From a virus: a stretch of 64,000 bases of DNA. The translations under genes were made by a program, and so were the position numbers. Each line of letters starts with the position of its first letter. The stretch's first letter is position 1. Location of the stretch: positions 22,851 through 86,850 of IMG/VR virus record IMGVR_UViG_3300020160_002696. One strand, given 5' to 3'. Below are positions 29,151-38,881 of the stretch, piece by piece. The notes under the pieces were generated by a model. That model was not told where the DNA came from, did not search any database, and saw nothing but the letters and a program-made list of their open reading frames with translations.

Positions 29151-29834
29151 ATGAAACACTTAAAAAAGTTTAATGAAAGTAAATCAGAAATGCCATTGGA
29201 AGACTACTTTGTAGAATTTGTAGATGAAGGGTTTACTATTGAAAGAGAGTTAAATCAATTCAAACTTAAATATACTGGAGAATATGATTTTAGTCAAACA
29301 CTTGAAATGTATAATGATGTAATCTCTAAATTACAAGCTTATGGTAGAGATATAACTAAAACAGACTTATCATATAGAAAATCTGTTACAAATATTCTTA
29401 TTGAAGTTAAGAATAATATTAAACCTAATGATGCTATTGAAATTACACTTAGAGGTGAAAAATTAAAACTAATACCACATGCTTATGCAGTATATGGTAG
29501 TCCACAACCTCAACAAAGTTATCATACTAATGATGCAGGTAGAACAGTAAAACTTGGTAAACCAAGACCACCATATGTTAATACTATAATATTATTCTGT
29601 AAAGATGAAAATAATAGAAACTATAATATAACTTGGGAAAATAGATATGGTAATGAACTTTCTAAAGAGGATATTAGAGCAAAAGTACAAAATACAAATA
29701 TTAATATTGATTTAGAAAATGCTTCTAAAGTAATAGAAACTATCAAAAAGAATGAAATTGAGGCAAGATATGGAACTGAAATAATGCTTGATGTATTTAC
29801 TGAAACAATTACTCCAGAATTACTTACTAGATAA
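29151..29834 (+). CDS. Hypothetical protein with N-terminal leader motif
   Basis: Starts MKHLKKFNES; TAATATATA at 29137-29145. Confidence 0.85.
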   Translation: MKHLKKFNESKSEMPLEDYFVEFVDEGFTIERELNQFKLKYTGEYDFSQTLEMYNDVISKLQAYGRDITKTDLSYRKSVTNILIEVKNNIKPNDAIEITLRGEKLKLIPHAYAVYGSPQPQQSYHTNDAGRTVKLGKPRPPYVNTIILFCKDENNRNYNITWENRYGNELSKEDIRAKVQNTNINIDLENASKVIETIKKNEIEARYGTEIMLDVFTETITPELLTR

Positions 29835-30261
29835 TCTGACTAATCTTATTGTATCTTGCTATTGACTTACTAAATACTGATGCTTGTTCAGCCATACTTT
29901 CACACTCTGATTTTACATATTGCATATCTCTATAAGTGCCACTTAATCCAAAGACACTATCTTCATTTAGTAAAAAATAAGGTGTTAAATCTCCATAATG
30001 TGCACAATCAAATCCAATGACCCAATTATTATTATCATCATATGAATTATATGTTAGACCACCATGTGCTCTTATATTAAGTTCATCATATCCAATACCA
30101 TATAAAGAACTATCTCGTGTTAAAGTAATATATCCACATAAAGCTTTTAATCCATTTCTATGTATAGAACACTCAATAATGACACCATTACTACAGGTAT
30201 AATTCCATAGTAATGTGTCACCTTCTTTTTCAATCAGTTCCTTTAATTGTTCTTTATTCAT
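29827..30261 (-). CDS. Conserved phage hypothetical protein (CGY..HGGLTY..GFDCAH family)
   Basis: Characteristic motifs; ends ARYNKISQII. Confidence 0.75.
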   Translation of the reverse strand: MNKEQLKELIEKEGDTLLWNYTCSNGVIIECSIHRNGLKALCGYITLTRDSSLYGIGYDELNIRAHGGLTYNSYDDNNNWVIGFDCAHYGDLTPYFLLNEDSVFGLSGTYRDMQYVKSECESMAEQASVFSKSIARYNKISQII

Positions 30262-30678
30262 ATAGTAAATCCTGTTTGTAAATTGTCAATAAACCTTTGT
30301 GGTAGATAAACATTCTTTAATCTGATTGCTGGTTTGAAAAGAGGTGCAATTTCCTCTACTGTAAAATAAGCTAAGTTACAACCTAACTCAACCACATAAA
30401 ATGTTAAGTGAGTATTTTCTTTGGCAAATATAATAAAATTATCTATACCTTGTTTAATTTCATCTAAAGTAACTGGATTATAATTACTTCTTAATTCTTT
30501 TGTTACTATGGCATATGATTGACCTTGTAAACCTTTAGATTGACCATAAATAGCACCAAATTTATTTCTTGCAGTTAATGCTGCTCCTCCGACCATGTCT
30601 TCCTTGTCGGTTAGATCCAAACGTGAAGACTTCATTTTCTTTTAATTCTTTAATATATTTAGGTGTTATTCTTTCCAT
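30258..30678 (-). pseudogene. A1S_2505-like (macrodomain-related) protein split by a +1 frameshift
   Basis: ATG 30678 gives MERITPKYIKELKENEVFTFGSNRQGRHG; the family continuation GGAALTARNKFGAIYGQSKGLQGQSYAI lies in the +1 frame. Confidence 0.7.
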
Positions 30679-31013
30679 ATATCTGCAAATGTTGGTTTAT
30701 AAGTAACTTTAGGATTTTCATAACCCAAAAGTTCATCAATCAATTTATTTCTTCTTTCTTGTTTTGAATAGAAAGAGTTCATATCAATTATTTGATATGG
30801 AAAGTATAGATTTATACTTTTTCTTCTTCTGAAAATTGGACCTGATATTATTTCTTCATAAAAATCCTTTTTTACATAAGAAAAATTATTACAATCATCA
30901 TAATACCAATCATAATCATCATAATAGTCATAATAGTCATACCACTGAATAAACTCAAGGTCTAATTCACGTCTAACTACATCATACTTATCTTTTTTAC
31001 TAGTCTTCTTCAT
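30666..31013 (-). CDS. Hypothetical protein (YD-rich) with RRNKLIDELLG motif
   Basis: 115-aa ORF in the operon. Confidence 0.7.
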   Translation of the reverse strand: MKKTSKKDKYDVVRRELDLEFIQWYDYYDYYDDYDWYYDDCNNFSYVKKDFYEEIISGPIFRRRKSINLYFPYQIIDMNSFYSKQERRNKLIDELLGYENPKVTYKPTFADIWKE

Positions 31014-31386
31014 TAAGATGTTTTACAATTTTGTCAATTCTCCAATCTCTTATGTTTATTTTGAAATCTTCAAATGAATTAGATTGTCCTAATACAGTAA
31101 TTCTTTCATTTATTTGTTCAATAAGTCCAGCAATTTCAACATCTTTAGTTTTGCCTTTACCATCATAAACACATTCAATTTTTGTTGGTTCATCAGTTGC
31201 TACAATCCACATTGTTATATTGCTATATATATCAAACTGATTTCTAACATCATGAATATATTCTTCTGCTCTTTGTCTTGACATACCATTTACACATATA
31301 TAAAATACAAAGATTGGATTATCTAAATTTAATTCAATTTTTGGTGGTTGTTGGTAGTTATATGCAAAATTAATTGATGCTGTCAT
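31000..31386 (-). CDS. Hypothetical protein
   Basis: 128 aa; near-terminal IRDWRIDKIV. Confidence 0.75.
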   Translation of the reverse strand: MTASINFAYNYQQPPKIELNLDNPIFVFYICVNGMSRQRAEEYIHDVRNQFDIYSNITMWIVATDEPTKIECVYDGKGKTKDVEIAGLIEQINERITVLGQSNSFEDFKINIRDWRIDKIVKHLNEED

Positions 31387-31414
31387 AATAAAGTTTTTCT
31401 TTATTATATCATAC

Positions 31415-31843
31415 TTAGTCTATTAAGTTTAGTAAGTGTTCTACTCTATAAAATATCTTAGTTTTAGCTTCTTCTTTTGTTAAAAAACCACACCAATCTA
31501 ATTCCTCAATCTGTAACATTTCTTTTGGTAAAGTTTCATCTGACAAATCAATCTCTGAAATATCATTGATATAAACTTTGAATAAATAAAGTTCTTTATA
31601 AATCTTACCTCTCTTATCATTATAAAGTATAACAATTGGTTCTTTATCAATGATTCTATCTTCTGTTATCTCAATAGAAGTTTCTTCTTTAAGTTCTCTT
31701 ATGGCAGCTTCTATTTGACTTTCACCTAATTCTATACCACCTTTAGGAAATGAATAGGTATTAGACCACCTTGCATTAGTTGGATGACTTAAAAGTAACT
31801 TGTTATTATTTAGAATAATTATTATTCCTGCTGATTTTTCCAT
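31415..31843 (-). CDS. NUDIX hydrolase
   Basis: PKGGIELGESQIEAAIRELKEETS. Confidence 0.9.
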   Translation of the reverse strand: MEKSAGIIIILNNNKLLLSHPTNARWSNTYSFPKGGIELGESQIEAAIRELKEETSIEITEDRIIDKEPIVILYNDKRGKIYKELYLFKVYINDISEIDLSDETLPKEMLQIEELDWCGFLTKEEAKTKIFYRVEHLLNLID

Positions 31844-32238
31844 TATATTCCTAAGTCATTTAATTTTGCTTCTCTTGATAATGCTTTTTTTGCATCTGCT
31901 GGTATATCACCAACAAATCCATCCCAGTTTTTGATTTTATTTATTGCTTGGTTTGCAACAATTACATTTTTAATTTCTCTTTTAACTTCATCTGCTTCAA
32001 GATTTATATTAACTAAAGCACCACTATTTTCATTTATACAGACAAGTTCACTGGTTACTTTTCTTTCAGTTGTACCAAGACCAAACCAAGTAGTTCTTTC
32101 AGTTACTTTTTCAACTTTATTATATACAAATACATAATGATAATTATTACTCCAACCCTTTTTAATATTAAAGTAATAGGTTTTACCATCTTCAAATAAG
32201 AATGGTGTCATTTCAACTATAATTTTATCTTTTTCCAT
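31843..32238 (-). CDS. Hypothetical protein with C-terminal REAKLNDLGI
   Basis: 131-aa ORF in the operon. Confidence 0.75.
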   Translation of the reverse strand: MEKDKIIVEMTPFLFEDGKTYYFNIKKGWSNNYHYVFVYNKVEKVTERTTWFGLGTTERKVTSELVCINENSGALVNINLEADEVKREIKNVIVANQAINKIKNWDGFVGDIPADAKKALSREAKLNDLGI

Positions 32239-32241
32239 GTT

Positions 32242-32859
32242 TTAATTAAATGTTAATTTATATATTTCTTCTATTGCTTTTATTCCATTAGGTTTTATCT
32301 CTCTTGTTCCAATACCTGCAAAGTTTTCATAACTTATTTTAAGAGGTTTTGTGACTTCAATAAACTTTAGTGAGGTATATGACCATCTAAACCATTTGTC
32401 TTTATCCTGGTCAAATACATAAACAAACTTACCATTATTTATGGCCATTTGAACTGCATAACCTGTACCACCATCAACTACTTGAAACTCTGATTTATTA
32501 TAAAATCCTTTTGAACCTTTTTTACCAGGTTCTACTATAGTTCCAATTGCAAATACTTCATCAGAATATTTTACTTGAGACCAGTTTCTTGCTAACAAGT
32601 TCATAAACTTATGAATACCATATCTACTTAAAACTCTATTTGCTTTAGTTATTTCTTTTACTCCTTCTTCATAATCAGTATCACTAATTTCTACTTTATT
32701 TTCAGTAGTATGATACTTTGTTTTGTAAGAATATGCCTTTGTCTTTACACCATAGTTGGCTCCTATGGTTTCAAAATAAGTATCACTTCCAATTGCTCCA
32801 CCAGAATGACAAACTAATCTGTCTAATCTGATTGGTGTATTTCCAAATATATCTATCAT
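32242..32859 (-). CDS. SLOG-like (DprA/YspA-related) Rossmannoid protein
   Basis: HSGGAIGSD, RN, GGTGYAV and AGIGTR motifs. Confidence 0.6.
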   Translation of the reverse strand: MIDIFGNTPIRLDRLVCHSGGAIGSDTYFETIGANYGVKTKAYSYKTKYHTTENKVEISDTDYEEGVKEITKANRVLSRYGIHKFMNLLARNWSQVKYSDEVFAIGTIVEPGKKGSKGFYNKSEFQVVDGGTGYAVQMAINNGKFVYVFDQDKDKWFRWSYTSLKFIEVTKPLKISYENFAGIGTREIKPNGIKAIEEIYKLTFN

Positions 32860-33197
32860 ATTCCCAATTCTTTTAATTTTATATCTCTTGTATATACTAC
32901 ATAGTCTTCTGCTTGTGTAATGAAGTATTCATTCATTTCTTGTTCAGTAAAGTAATACCATTTTACTCTTTCTGAGTATGGTTTATTCCACCAATCTTTC
33001 TTATCAGATCCAAAAAATTCATCTTCAACACAGAAACCATAACCTTCTTTATCAGTTGCAGCATTCCAAGTTAAGTCACCACAACCTTTTATCTTGTAGT
33101 GACTTTTTAGTTTTAATGTTTCATATTGTTTTATACAAACAACACTATCTCCCATTTCAAATCTATCTTCTTTATACATGGTGATCAACTTTAACAA
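32856..33197 (-). CDS. Hypothetical protein with C-terminal RDIKLKELGI
   Basis: Likely start at MYKEDRF; GDSVVCIK pattern. Confidence 0.7.
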   Translation of the reverse strand: MLKLITMYKEDRFEMGDSVVCIKQYETLKLKSHYKIKGCGDLTWNAATDKEGYGFCVEDEFFGSDKKDWWNKPYSERVKWYYFTEQEMNEYFITQAEDYVVYTRDIKLKELGI

Positions 33198-33762
33198 TTT
33201 CTCTTTTCTCCATTAATTGAAGTATTTCATTGATATGAAATGGTCTGAACTCTTTGTGTGCATCAATACCAACATCCATTGATTTACCATAATCTGGAAT
33301 GCTACCATGTGAGTGACCATAAAGATGAATTACACCTTTATGAGAACTTGGCCATACTCTGTGAGAATAGTGAGATAAGTGAAATTTGTTTTTTCCAATG
33401 TAACCTGTATAAGTATCTCTAACACTTACAAACAATTCAAATGGATCAAATGATAATCTTTGTCTTCTTTCTTCATTGAATTCATCAAAAATTTCATCAT
33501 GGTTTCCTTTTATTAAGTGAATAGTTTTACAGATTAAAGATTTTCTGAAATCATACATTTTTTGTGGTGAACCAAAAGAGAAATCACCAAGATGATAAAG
33601 AATATCATCTTCTTTTACATATTTGTTGATAGTATCAATCAAACACTCATTCATTTCCTGAACTGTTTTGAAAGTTCTGTAACCAGACTTCCATTTTGAC
33701 AATTCTGGACCTGCAATTCCTGAGTGATGATAGTGTGTATCAGATGTAAACCAAATGTTCAT
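33172..33762 (-). CDS. Calcineurin-like metallophosphoesterase
   Basis: SDTH, LGDF, GNHD, HY, GHSHG. Confidence 0.92.
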   Translation of the reverse strand: MNIWFTSDTHYHHSGIAGPELSKWKSGYRTFKTVQEMNECLIDTINKYVKEDDILYHLGDFSFGSPQKMYDFRKSLICKTIHLIKGNHDEIFDEFNEERRQRLSFDPFELFVSVRDTYTGYIGKNKFHLSHYSHRVWPSSHKGVIHLYGHSHGSIPDYGKSMDVGIDAHKEFRPFHINEILQLMEKREIVKVDHHV

Positions 33763-33785
33763 ATATTATTTATTTTTTAATTATA

Positions 33786-33817
33786 CAAAGATAGTAAATT
33801 ATTTTTATAATATCAAA
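33786..33817 (-). promoter_or_regulatory. Bacteroidota primary-sigma promoter (TTTG-N20-TATCTTTG)
   Basis: Both boxes, 20-nt spacer, heading the operon that starts at 33762. Confidence 0.8.
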
Positions 33818-33854
33818 AAATAATATATATGTAATAATAAAATAGAAATAAAAT

Positions 33855-34361
33855 ATGAGATACTTAAAATTATTTGAAGATATAGTTCCTGCACATCAAA
33901 GTGGGTCCGAATATAGAAACAGAAATACTGATGAAACAACAGATGTTACTAAATTAGATAGTATACCACTTAGGTCACCAGTGTATCAAAAAGGTGAAAT
34001 ACTTATCTTTTCAGAGGGTAGAGATGTTGATTATGAATTTGCAGAAAGGTTATTAAAAAGGTTAGGTCTTAAATTGATAGGTGAACCTTATGATAGAGGA
34101 TTTTTAGTTAAATGTGAGCCTGGTAAGGAAGTAGAAAGTGCCAAAATGGCAATTGCAAAATATCCTGATTTTTTTGATAGTTATGAAAGAGAAGATATTA
34201 GAATGCCTTATATATCAGATAAAGTTGATGTTTTAGTTGGAGAAGTTGAAGGTATAGTAGATTTCTTTGAAAGTACTTTACAAAGAAATGTAAATTCTAC
34301 TAAATATAATAAGTATATTGATGATATAATAAATGAACTGGATAAGTTAAAAATAAATTAA
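33855..34361 (+). CDS. Hypothetical protein with N-terminal leader motif
   Basis: Starts MRYLKLFED; TAATATATA upstream. Confidence 0.85.
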   Translation: MRYLKLFEDIVPAHQSGSEYRNRNTDETTDVTKLDSIPLRSPVYQKGEILIFSEGRDVDYEFAERLLKRLGLKLIGEPYDRGFLVKCEPGKEVESAKMAIAKYPDFFDSYEREDIRMPYISDKVDVLVGEVEGIVDFFESTLQRNVNSTKYNKYIDDIINELDKLKIN

Positions 34362-34363
34362 TT

Positions 34364-34684
34364 ATGAAACATATAAAAATATTTGAAGAGTTTAGAGAGA
34401 AAGTTGTAACTTTCACTAATAAAAGAAATCCAAGGTTAGTAATAAAAGTTACTAAAACACCTGATGGTAGAATAACTAATATTGATAATCCAAATGGAAT
34501 AAGATTTTGTTTCTCTGTAGGACAACTATTTAACAGAACTGCTGAGGTTTGGGCAAGTAATAATAACTACTTAATGGATGGACAAGATATGACACCAGAA
34601 GAGAAAATAATGGGAATTAAAGTATCTGATATACCACCAGGACATGAACTAAGAATGTTATATCCTGGAAAGTTTAAAAAGTAA
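34364..34684 (+). CDS. Hypothetical protein with N-terminal leader motif
   Basis: Starts MKHIKIFEEF. Confidence 0.85.
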   Translation: MKHIKIFEEFREKVVTFTNKRNPRLVIKVTKTPDGRITNIDNPNGIRFCFSVGQLFNRTAEVWASNNNYLMDGQDMTPEEKIMGIKVSDIPPGHELRMLYPGKFKK

Positions 34685-34694
34685 AAATATAGAA

Positions 34695-35480
34695 ATGAAA
34701 TACTTAAAATTATATGAAGAGTTTGTTAGTAAAGAAACTAAAGTAAACTGGGGAGAAGCTGAACTTGAAATCAAAGAAATGTTTAGAATCTTTAAAGAGT
34801 TAAAAGAAATACCAAATGAATTGACTGTTGATGGTGAGAAATTTAATATAGATAAATCTATCTTTGATGTTGAAGAACCTCAAGAGTTTGAACAACAAGT
34901 TGATGATATAAATGGTAAGCACACAGACTCTTCAAAGATTGGACCAACTGCAGATGAAATTCTATCAATGAAAGAGTTGACGGTTAGTGGTAAAAAGGTA
35001 GATGCAAAACCTTATTACAATTTTATTAAATTTTGTAAGAAGGTATTTTGGAAAGGTCAGAAAGTTCAATTAGATAAAACAACAATTCAAAAGTTAGCAG
35101 ATGATTCACAATCAATAGGTAGAGGTGAATTTTCAAAATTCATAAAAGATTCTAGTGAGTATCAAAGATTATCAAAAGCATATGATAATACTATGACTTT
35201 CTTGAAAGAAAAAGGAGCAGAAGATAAATTTAATACAACTGGTTTATTTAGTAAGTACCCGGATATCAATAAAAAAGACTACAATGACGCAGTTCATTAC
35301 TTTATTTACTATGGCAAATCTTATTTATTCTTTGAAGAACAAATAAAGAAAGGTGGTAAAATGCCAATAACATCAGCAATTGAAATTTCAGGTAAATGGT
35401 ATATTGTTGGTGGTAATAGAAGAATGAGTTTTTATGTATTAAGTGGTATAGACCCAGTGATATGGCTAACTAAGATTTAA
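34695..35480 (+). CDS. Protein with N-terminal leader motif and possible ParB/Srx-like C-terminus
   Basis: Starts MKYLKLYEEF; C-terminal WYIVGGNRR resembles the ParB GxxR motif. Confidence 0.65.
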   Translation: MKYLKLYEEFVSKETKVNWGEAELEIKEMFRIFKELKEIPNELTVDGEKFNIDKSIFDVEEPQEFEQQVDDINGKHTDSSKIGPTADEILSMKELTVSGKKVDAKPYYNFIKFCKKVFWKGQKVQLDKTTIQKLADDSQSIGRGEFSKFIKDSSEYQRLSKAYDNTMTFLKEKGAEDKFNTTGLFSKYPDINKKDYNDAVHYFIYYGKSYLFFEEQIKKGGKMPITSAIEISGKWYIVGGNRRMSFYVLSGIDPVIWLTKI

Positions 35481-35492
35481 TTAAAAAAGAAC

Positions 35493-36218
35493 TTAATTGG
35501 TCTTTTTTATTTTATGAGCTAAATTATCCCATAGTATTCTATAAATATCATCAATCTTATCATATTTAATTCTAACTAATTCAATATAGTGTTCTTCGCA
35601 ATATTCATTCTTTACTTTATCATTTGATTTAATACGTTCTAAAGTATCAACACCACCAAACCTTTCAATTGGTTCAAAATGTTGTCTACCATCAAACTCT
35701 ATACAAACTCTAAGAGTAGGTAAATAAAAATCAAATATAACATCATCTAATTTATGTTTTTCCTTAAATACAATTTTATATTTTCTTAAAAAATTATGTA
35801 TTTCTGTTTCACCAAACAAATCCATTTTCTTCATTTCATCATTGATAATAGATTCTTCTGTTCTTCTAAATTCTGGTGCCATTCCTTTTAAGTGTGAAGT
35901 TGGTCTTTGTAAATAAACTATACCATCATAAATGATTTTAACATCAATTAAAGCACCTTTATATTCAGTTAATGTATAATCATATTTATTACCCCAAACG
36001 TCTTTAGATTCACTTATAAATTGTTCTGTAGTTCTTGTTGGTGTATTCTTTTCAGGACATTTACCCATTAAATGCTTAGAAACTCTTTGCTCATATTTAA
36101 CATTATTATATTCAATAATAATTTTATCAGATAAAATTATCTTATCTGATAGATTTAAGTATTTGTATTTGTAACCATGTTGGTTATGAGCTCTTTCTAA
36201 AAATTCACTTCTTGTCAT
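35493..36218 (-). CDS. Free-standing endonuclease (DUF723-like repeats plus Vsr/DUF559-like PD-(D/E)XK domain), probable homing endonuclease
   Basis: Two F..[KR]A...HG.KY.Y repeats; FDFYLP..IEFDGRQH..DKVKNEYC..LVRIKY. Confidence 0.8.
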   Translation of the reverse strand: MTRSEFLERAHNQHGYKYKYLNLSDKIILSDKIIIEYNNVKYEQRVSKHLMGKCPEKNTPTRTTEQFISESKDVWGNKYDYTLTEYKGALIDVKIIYDGIVYLQRPTSHLKGMAPEFRRTEESIINDEMKKMDLFGETEIHNFLRKYKIVFKEKHKLDDVIFDFYLPTLRVCIEFDGRQHFEPIERFGGVDTLERIKSNDKVKNEYCEEHYIELVRIKYDKIDDIYRILWDNLAHKIKKTN

Positions 36219-36351
36219 TTCCTATATATTCCAATTTATTTATGATTTATATATTAGAAAGTTATACTCCCCTGCAAAACTTTTTTAAAAAATGTTGAAA
36301 GGGGAGAGAAATAACTTTATATATACTTTATAAAAATATTAGAAAATTAAA

Positions 36352-37575
36352 ATGGCTAAACAAGTTAAAGAAGGAAAAAAATTTGAATTCAGTAAAGTAG
36401 GTTCGATTTTGGATAACATAGCAAAATCTGTTCCAATTATTATTGAGAAGGAAGTTAAAGAAAAACAATTTATATCAACTGGTTGTTATTTATTAGATGC
36501 TGCATTATCTGCAAAATTAGTTGGTGGTGGAATCTTAGGTGGTCGTATCTTTGGTTTATTAGGAGAATCTGGAGCAGGTAAATCATTTATTGCTTACTCT
36601 ATTTGTAAGTCAGCTCAGAAATCAGGTGCATCAATTATTTATATTGATACTGAAAACTCAATTGATTTAGAAGGAATCACAAAATTTGGTATTGATAATG
36701 CACCAGATAAATTCAGATTAGTTAGATCTAATAAAGTTGAAGATATTAATATATTCTTAACTCAATTATTAGATGAATTAAAAGATGCTAAAATGGATGG
36801 TTTTGAAATTCCTAAAATTGTTATTGTACTTGATTCAATTGGTATGATGTCTTCTAATAAAGAGAAAGAAGATTTATTAAAAGGAGCAATGAAACAAGAT
36901 ATGACTAGAGCAAAAGGATTAAATGCACTTTTTAGAAGTATTAGTTCTGACTTAGGTTTCTTAGATATTCCAATGGTTTGTTGTAACCACACATACTTAT
37001 CTCAAGATTTATTTCCTAAAGAAATATCTAAAGGTGGTATGGGTCTTGTTTACTCTGCATCAGTATTAGGATTTTTAAGTAAATCAAAATTAAAAACTGG
37101 TGAAGAAGATGATATGGACTTAGGACAATCAGGTATTTCAGTTCTATTTAAAACACAAAAGAATAGATTGGCAAAACCTAAAAAGATTAGATTTGATATT
37201 TCATTTGCACATGGTATGAATCCTTATACTGGATTAGATGCTTTCTGTAGACCTGAATACTTTAATCAAATTGGTATTGCTAAAGGTAAAATGGAAGTTG
37301 ATAAATCAACAGGTGAAATGAAGTTCATACCAGGTGGCATTAGATGGTATGTTGACCACTTAAATAAATCAGTAACAACTAAACAATTATTCACACAAGA
37401 AGTATTCACACAAGAAGTATTGGAAAAAATGGCACCAATAGTTAATGATTATTTCAGATTTAAAAGTATTGATGAAATTGATGAAGTTGAAAAAGAATTT
37501 AATGCAATCATTGAGGAAGAAGATGATACAAACGGATTTACAGATGCAGCAGATGCAGATGATATTTTCGGATAA
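36352..37575 (+). CDS. recA: RecA/UvsX-like recombinase
   Basis: ISTG..LD.ALS, Walker A GESGAGKS, IDTE, VLDSIG, DMTRAK, NHTY, KGG, KNR. Confidence 0.93.
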   Translation: MAKQVKEGKKFEFSKVGSILDNIAKSVPIIIEKEVKEKQFISTGCYLLDAALSAKLVGGGILGGRIFGLLGESGAGKSFIAYSICKSAQKSGASIIYIDTENSIDLEGITKFGIDNAPDKFRLVRSNKVEDINIFLTQLLDELKDAKMDGFEIPKIVIVLDSIGMMSSNKEKEDLLKGAMKQDMTRAKGLNALFRSISSDLGFLDIPMVCCNHTYLSQDLFPKEISKGGMGLVYSASVLGFLSKSKLKTGEEDDMDLGQSGISVLFKTQKNRLAKPKKIRFDISFAHGMNPYTGLDAFCRPEYFNQIGIAKGKMEVDKSTGEMKFIPGGIRWYVDHLNKSVTTKQLFTQEVFTQEVLEKMAPIVNDYFRFKSIDEIDEVEKEFNAIIEEEDDTNGFTDAADADDIFG

Positions 37576-37632
37576 AAAAAGAAAACCTCTTTTATAAGTA
37601 GGTTTAAAAACAAAAAATAAAAATTAGAAATT

Positions 37633-37803
37633 ATGAACAAACAAGAAATTTTTGAACAATTAGCAACTTTATGGGCTTCTTTTGAAGAAAACCATGCTAA
37701 AACAACTAAAAAATCTGATGCTGATGCACGTAAAGCATTAGGAGAAATTAAAAAGTTGGTAACTCCTTATAGAGCAGCATCTGTAGCAGAAGCAAAAGCA
37801 TAA
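37633..37803 (+). CDS. Histone H1-like (Hc1-family) small protein
   Basis: Manual translation MNKQEIFEQLATLWASFEENHAKTTKKSDADARKALGEIKKLVTPYRAASVAEAKA; ARKA..EI.K....R..S pattern of the Bacteroidota Hc1-like family. Confidence 0.7.
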   Translation: MNKQEIFEQLATLWASFEENHAKTTKKSDADARKALGEIKKLVTPYRAASVAEAKA

Positions 37804-37877
37804 TAAGAATCTGTTTTTCCATATTTTGTAAAATATGGTGGTGGAAGTTGACAGTACCAGTGTCGACCCTTTATAAA

Positions 37878-37910
37878 GTAAAAACCTCTAAGAAATTAGA
37901 GGTTTACTTT
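37878..37910. terminator. Bidirectional terminator
   Basis: AAACCTCTAA-GAAA-TTAGAGGTTT at a convergent junction. Confidence 0.8.
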
Positions 37911-38423
37911 TTTTTCACCAAATGATAAACTCATTTTGTAATACCACACACACCAATAAAAAATAGTGTATAATGAGCCAATCATTGTACGTATATGAAA
38001 ATAATGTTTAATTAAACCATCAATTACTTGAAATACAATCATTAGTAAAAGCATTATAATCTGAACTTTATCTGACTTCTTTGAGTATAGTAATTTCTTT
38101 ATCTTATTAAGTCTATTACCATTAAAGAACTTATGACTTGTTATTCCTTCTAACTTATCATCCCTATTACAAGAAACACATAAATGAAAATCTTCTCTTT
38201 TTGGATCCTTTACTGCTTTTTTATATATTTCATCTAATTTATCATACTTTTCTTGTGTATCTAAATTTTCAGTTAAGTCAATTTTACAAGAATAACATCT
38301 TATACCTTGTTTAACATCCCAACTTACATTTTTTCTTTTCTTAAAAAGAATGTATAATCTTATACTTATTACTACTATACAAAGTAATGATATTGCAGAA
38401 ACTATTGTTGATAATATATCCAT
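37896..38423 (-). CDS. Membrane protein with CxxC..CxxC zinc finger
   Basis: N-terminal and two C-terminal hydrophobic helices; CYSC/CVSC followed by NRDDKLEGI. Confidence 0.7.
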   Translation of the reverse strand: MDILSTIVSAISLLCIVVISIRLYILFKKRKNVSWDVKQGIRCYSCKIDLTENLDTQEKYDKLDEIYKKAVKDPKREDFHLCVSCNRDDKLEGITSHKFFNGNRLNKIKKLLYSKKSDKVQIIMLLLMIVFQVIDGLIKHYFHIRTMIGSLYTIFYWCVWYYKMSLSFGEKKVNL

Positions 38424-38881
38424 TATCCTAAAATTAAAGATAAGAATTTATCTCTCTTTTCTTGTTTAGAAAGAGATTTAATACACTCTGGTCCTAAACC
38501 ATTTTCAATACTTGATGGAACTGTTAGAACTCTACCACATTTACCACAAGTACCTTCATGCCAAACTTCAACAAAGTCTTGAAGTTTACCTATTTTAAGT
38601 TTATTTAATACATAGTCAAATACTTTAACTGATTGAGCTTCTGATGAAACAGCAGATTTTTTACCATGTCTGTAAACACCTTCAACAGCAGTTCCTAAAT
38701 AAGTATAAGTATCTGGACCAGTTAATACACTAACAAAGAAAAGATTACTATCTTTGTCTTTAGATTTTTTTACTTTAAAAGTAAATCTGTTTTCAGTTTT
38801 GGTATTAACAACTGTAAATGTTGAATTACCTGCAAACATAAATTTTAAAGCATCTGTGTTATTTAATTTGTGTCCTGACAT
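38423..38881 (-). CDS. DUF6011-like zinc-binding protein
   Basis: CGKCGRVLTVPSSIENGLGPEC; TACTTTTG box at 38900-38907 upstream. Confidence 0.8.
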   Translation of the reverse strand: MSGHKLNNTDALKFMFAGNSTFTVVNTKTENRFTFKVKKSKDKDSNLFFVSVLTGPDTYTYLGTAVEGVYRHGKKSAVSSEAQSVKVFDYVLNKLKIGKLQDFVEVWHEGTCGKCGRVLTVPSSIENGLGPECIKSLSKQEKRDKFLSLILG

